NCBI GenBank assembly: GCA_023247075.1
Contig: JAHFHD010000001.1
Location: 1-57,124 of the forward strand
DNA: 57,124 nt
Reading direction: 5' to 3'
Source of the DNA: Candidatus Omnitrophota bacterium
GTDB lineage: Bacteria; Omnitrophota; Omnitrophia; Omnitrophales; Danuiimicrobiaceae
The stretch's first letter is position 1, and each line of letters opens with the position of its first letter. Under the pieces are notes generated by a model, which was not told the origin of the DNA, did not search any database, and was given only the letters and a program-made list of their open reading frames with translations. Below, piece after piece: positions 54,601 through 57,124 of this stretch. The position numbers and the translations under genes were made by a program.

Positions 54601-57124
54601 ACAGGAGAGGCGATCACGACGAGCAATGGAGCTCTCAATATTACGGCCAATGATTTGACACTTAACGGTGCGGTGAATTCAGGGACGGCGGCGACGACCC
54701 TATTAGTTTCTGACGGAGGGACCATAGGTTTAGGATCGAGTGCCGGGAACTGGACGCTTTCCGGGGCAGAGCTTCAGAACATTACGGCGAATGGTCTGAC
54801 CATCGGAGATAATACGAATGGGAATATTACGGTAGATAATATTACTGCTGCCAACAGCAATAATGTGGGTGGGACCGTGACCTTGAATGCGACGGCAAGC
54901 TCCGGCACTGTCAGTTTTTCGAATAACATTTCAATCTTTAATGCTTTGAGTGTGAATGCAGGCAATGGGATTACGGTGAATAAGAACGTCAGCACGGACA
55001 CGGGCGGGATTACAATGAATTCAGATTCCAACAACAATGGGTCTGGGACGTTGACGGTGGCGAACTTGGCGACGATTAATTCCGGTGGCCAGGCCATGCA
55101 GATCACCTCAGATGATATTAATCTGAATACGAGCGGAGCTTTGAATAGTGGAGCGGCAGCGACAACCTTGTTAACAACAAATGGCAATACGATAGGTTTA
55201 GGATCGAGTGCCGGGAACTGGACGCTTTCCGGGGCAGAGCTTCAGAACATTACGGCGAATGGTCTGACCATCGGAGATAATACGAATGGGAATATTACGG
55301 TAGATAATATTACTGCTGCCAACAGCAATAATGTGGGTGGGACCGTGACCTTGAATGCGACGGCAAGCTCCGGCACTGTCAGTTTTTCGAATAACATTTC
55401 AATCTTTAATGCTTTGAGTGTGAATGCAGGCAATGGGATTACGGTGAATAAGAACGTCAGCACGGACACGGGCGGGATTACAATGAATTCAGATTCCAAC
55501 AACAATGGGTCTGGGACGTTGACGGTGGCGAACTTGGCGACGATTAATTCCGGTGGCCAGGCCATGCAGATCACCTCAGATGATATTAATCTGAATACGA
55601 GCGGAGCTTTGAATAGTGGAGCGGCAGCGACAACCTTGTTAACAACAAATGGCAATACGATAGGTTTAGGATCGAGTGCCGGGAACTGGACGCTTTCCGG
55701 GGCAGAGCTTCAGAACATTACGGCCGGGAACTTGGTGATTGGGAATAATACGAATGGAGCAATTAGTGTTCTAAGTGTTACAGGACCTAACAGTAATAAT
55801 ATCGGAAAGGTAACGCTCAATGCCACGTCTACAACTGGAACTGTCACTTTTGATCCAGCCGCTTCAACTTTTAACGCCCTTGAAGTCAATGCTGGGAACG
55901 GTGTTTTCTTTAATACGAATGTGACCGCCGATACAGGTGCTGTTTCCGTTAACGCGGATTCGGACGGCAACGGAACGGGAACATTTTCTGTGGTTGCTGG
56001 ATCGACTTTAAATACAAGTGGAAGCAATCTTACTTTCACCGGCGGTGATTTTAATCTTCCGGGCAACATCAATGCGGGCACGGGGACAGTATTTTTTAAT
56101 CCCAGTGCTGGGGACACCATTGGCTTGGGAAGCACCTCTGGAACTTATAATATTTCAGACAGCGAAGCGGATCGTATCATAGCGGGAACCTTGGATATTG
56201 GTACCGCAACTTCTGGAGATATTATTGTCGATAACTTTACACCTTCAGGCTCCGCCGCCCTTATTTTACGTACCGGCGGCCGTGTGGGTGAAGGAACTGC
56301 AGATGCGGGTGCAGATATCACGGCAACCACGCTGGCAATTTATGCGGCTAACGGTATTGATATCGATACGCAAGTCAGCACGCTCGCTTTTGTTAATTCG
56401 ACCACGGGCAATGTGAATATTGATAATACCGGGGCTTTAACCATCGACTCGGTCAGCGGAATTACAAATTCCCAAAACACGGGAACTGGAACCACGACGA
56501 TTTCTTCCCGCAGCCCAATGACACTCGCCGTAGATATCATTCAGGCTGGCGCTATTACTCTTTCGGCCGGTGAAAGCGCTGCCACGGGAGATAATTTGAC
56601 GGTGAACAGTGGCGTGACTGTAAAGTCCACAACTGGCGACGTAACCCTGAAGGCCGGGGACAATGTGATTCTCCAATCGACCTCAGTCGTAAAATCTGAT
56701 GCTGGAAGCGTGACTTTAACGGCTGGTTTTGGTGACACAGACAGCGCAGGCAACTTGACTCTTGGAAGTATGATTAATGCATTAATCAACGCAATCCTCT
56801 CAGCTTTTGGGACCATTAATGGTGATGGGACTCCAGCAACAGATGTGACGGCAGCCTCTCTGAATGCCACATCTGCGACCGGGATTGATTTAGATACAAC
56901 GGTGACGAATCTGACGGCCCACACCACTGGAGCTGGGAATATTAATCTTGATGAAGCGGATGGAGCGAATGTACTGAGCGTGGTTGCAGACAATGGTAAT
57001 GCCACAGTAACCAGCACGACCGGAAATCTTGGAGTTAGCACTTTAACCGCCACGGGCGGAACCGCAACACTGACCGCAACAGCTGGAGCGATTAGCGACG
57101 CAAATGCTGGAACGAACAATATCA
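51697..57124 (+). CDS. Giant FhaB/filamentous-hemagglutinin-like exoprotein (TpsA), 3'-truncated by the window edge
   Basis: It is not in the ORF track because it has no stop. A TTG at 51697 follows AGGAG (51682-51686), and frame +1 stayed open to nt 57124 in my hand translation. The signal peptide is LKKTLAFLLLLAFIHLTSYSIAVQA. FhaB-type modules are GGEVLVGGDYQG, RVIVWSDHSTRVYGSISAKGG and GDGGFVETSGKEFL...WLLDPRNVTV, followed by repeated LSGAELQNIT modules. Confidence 0.85.
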   Translation, partial: MKKTLAFLLLLAFIHLTSYSIAVQADPSSIPEEPAAVTADFSAGAGELPSIPSADSATPIPEPEPSIIVDFSVAANPELPSLPKPATLLIPEETTYAVNTLLVGENQQLSIGVVNAIGELCPSCRAILETGSFVNNGQIDIVGILAIIAPVIINNGNITVAGDLLLSNLGINKEQFFAGVAALAKDPDMKPGFILNNGEINNLTKGLTALVGSRGGVHNFGTIASKGGVVGLLAGERLSFPLTSDGLLSVNIQEGVPIQADVYDAQGNLIHPEGLITNSGTIQANGGLVVLSAAAKQEALNNVINQTGIIEANTLEKVGGRIILNGGPSGVVRVQGVLNARGSQVGEKGGKINILGEKVGLFAGTLIDVSGYAGGGEVLVGGDYQGLGTVSNALYTYMDPLASINANAILEGSGGRVIVWSDHSTRVYGSISAKGGALSGDGGFVETSGKEFLDVSESDVNAGAVNGKAGSWLLDPRNVTVVAGSGSTNPSGYAGGVFTPSADTATVGADTIRDSLNAGTNVEINTGTTGTVQAGNITVSSLIQMTVNPGVAVQLLLKAANDIGINAGTGITSLGVAILNIIIQADSDGNGSGTATISAGINTNGGSLQIMADDLVMTGILDSGAGVISILSSNNQTIGFGATSGGLTVSGAELQNITTSGGLTIGDSTNGNITVNGINSTNSANVTGTLTLNATQAGSNVTFSNSDSTFKTLVVNAADGVTANRSVTTNSNGITINTDSDANGVGDLTVASSRTVNSGNKPLNITANDVSLSGNLNSGIATTTLLISDGGTMGLGSTAGNWTLSGAELQNITANGLAIGNNTNGNITVNNITAGNSNNISGTLTLNATGSGKSIIFSGNASTFNALSANADDGISISQNITTDTGNLALNGDFDNAVDTSDKINITSSGRTLTSAGTMTLSAATGNIIDSGSLTLNADNGIILSQALTTSGTTSINSDADGNGSGDLTGEAITTSNGALNITANDLTLNGAVNSGTAATTLLVSDGGTIGLGSSAGNWTLSGAELQNITANGLTIGDNTNGNITVDNITAANSNNVGGTVTLNATASSGTVSFSNNISIFNALSVNAGNGITVNKNVSTDTGGITMNSDSNNNGSGTLTVANLATINSGGQAMQITSDDINLNTSGALNSGAAATTLLTTNGNTIGLGSSAGNWTLSGAELQNITANGLTIGDNTNGNITVDNITAANSNNVGGTVTLNATASSGTVSFSNNISIFNALSVNAGNGITVNKNVSTDTGGITMNSDSNNNGSGTLTVANLATINSGGQAMQITSDDINLNTSGALNSGAAATTLLTTNGNTIGLGSSAGNWTLSGAELQNITAGNLVIGNNTNGAISVLSVTGPNSNNIGKVTLNATSTTGTVTFDPAASTFNALEVNAGNGVFFNTNVTADTGAVSVNADSDGNGTGTFSVVAGSTLNTSGSNLTFTGGDFNLPGNINAGTGTVFFNPSAGDTIGLGSTSGTYNISDSEADRIIAGTLDIGTATSGDIIVDNFTPSGSAALILRTGGRVGEGTADAGADITATTLAIYAANGIDIDTQVSTLAFVNSTTGNVNIDNTGALTIDSVSGITNSQNTGTGTTTISSRSPMTLAVDIIQAGAITLSAGESAATGDNLTVNSGVTVKSTTGDVTLKAGDNVILQSTSVVKSDAGSVTLTAGFGDTDSAGNLTLGSMINALINAILSAFGTINGDGTPATDVTAASLNATSATGIDLDTTVTNLTAHTTGAGNINLDEADGANVLSVVADNGNATVTSTTGNLGVSTLTATGGTATLTATAGAISDANAGTNNI
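54724..55724 (+). repeat. Perfect 468-bp tandem duplication (2.14 copies) inside the TpsA gene
   Basis: The unit 54724-55191 is identical to 55192-55659, and the first ~65 nt repeat again at 55660-55724. The two identical 137-aa antisense ORFs in the track (54774-55187, 55242-55655) are offset by exactly 468 nt. Confidence 0.95.

Noticed and set aside
54724-55724. A CRISPR array or non-coding satellite as an explanation for the perfect repeats.
   Set aside because: The unit is 468 bp with no spacer structure, and it is in frame within an open coding sequence. It encodes a module homologous to diverged neighbouring modules.
53658-57119. A series of long minus-strand ORFs (60-192 aa, including two identical 137-aa ORFs) across the right end of the window.
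   Set aside because: They are antisense to the continuous +1 frame of the FhaB-like gene. Their translations are low-complexity V/P/L/F/A strings typical of the reverse complement of Gly/Asn/Thr-rich beta-helix coding sequence. The identical pair simply mirrors the 468-bp tandem duplication.

Overview
This is a 57.1-kb AT-rich bacterial chromosome segment with about 60 genes. All but three are on the + strand, and many junctions are ATGA/TAATG/GTGA start-stop overlaps. Left to right it carries: accC (5'-truncated), an Asp23-like protein, pfk, the heptose genes gmhA/hldC, a thiE locus, a PfkB kinase, tRNA-Gly(CCC), and recN plus a PIF1-like helicase. Next come a minus-strand EEP-nuclease/VanY pair facing an AAA-ATPase, then a HIT / dGTPase-like / GAF-HD-GYP trio. 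The dcw cluster runs murE-murF-mraY-murD-ftsW-murG-murC-murB-ddl-ftsQ-ftsA; it begins without mraZ/rsmH/ftsL/ftsI and ends without ftsZ. It is followed by a TenA/PqqC/CADD-like protein, orn, a SpoU methylase, batD/batE, trpBA, ruvX, an M16 peptidase, rpe, lepA, lepB, two SPOR proteins, a PilZ-YajQ-PilZ c-di-GMP effector cluster and glpK. From about 48.0 kb the character changes and G+C is visibly higher in hand-counted lines. This part holds a decayed DDE transposase, a decayed MNT/HepT toxin-antitoxin pair and a two-partner-secretion locus. That locus is a ShlB/FhaC-type transporter plus an FhaB-like exoprotein gene of more than 1,800 codons. The exoprotein gene runs off the window and is absent from the supplied ORF track because it has no stop. 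It has an atypical N-terminus and is built of ~155-aa modules, including a 100%-identical 468-bp tandem duplication. I saw no rRNA, CRISPR array or intact mobile element. The best candidates for something new are the TPS island, the UUU-UAA split of the thiE locus, the ftsZ-less dcw cluster, the AAA-ATPase with a nuclease-like tail, and the c-di-GMP receptor cluster. None is demonstrably a new system from sequence alone. All product calls rest on motif recognition by eye; no searches were run.
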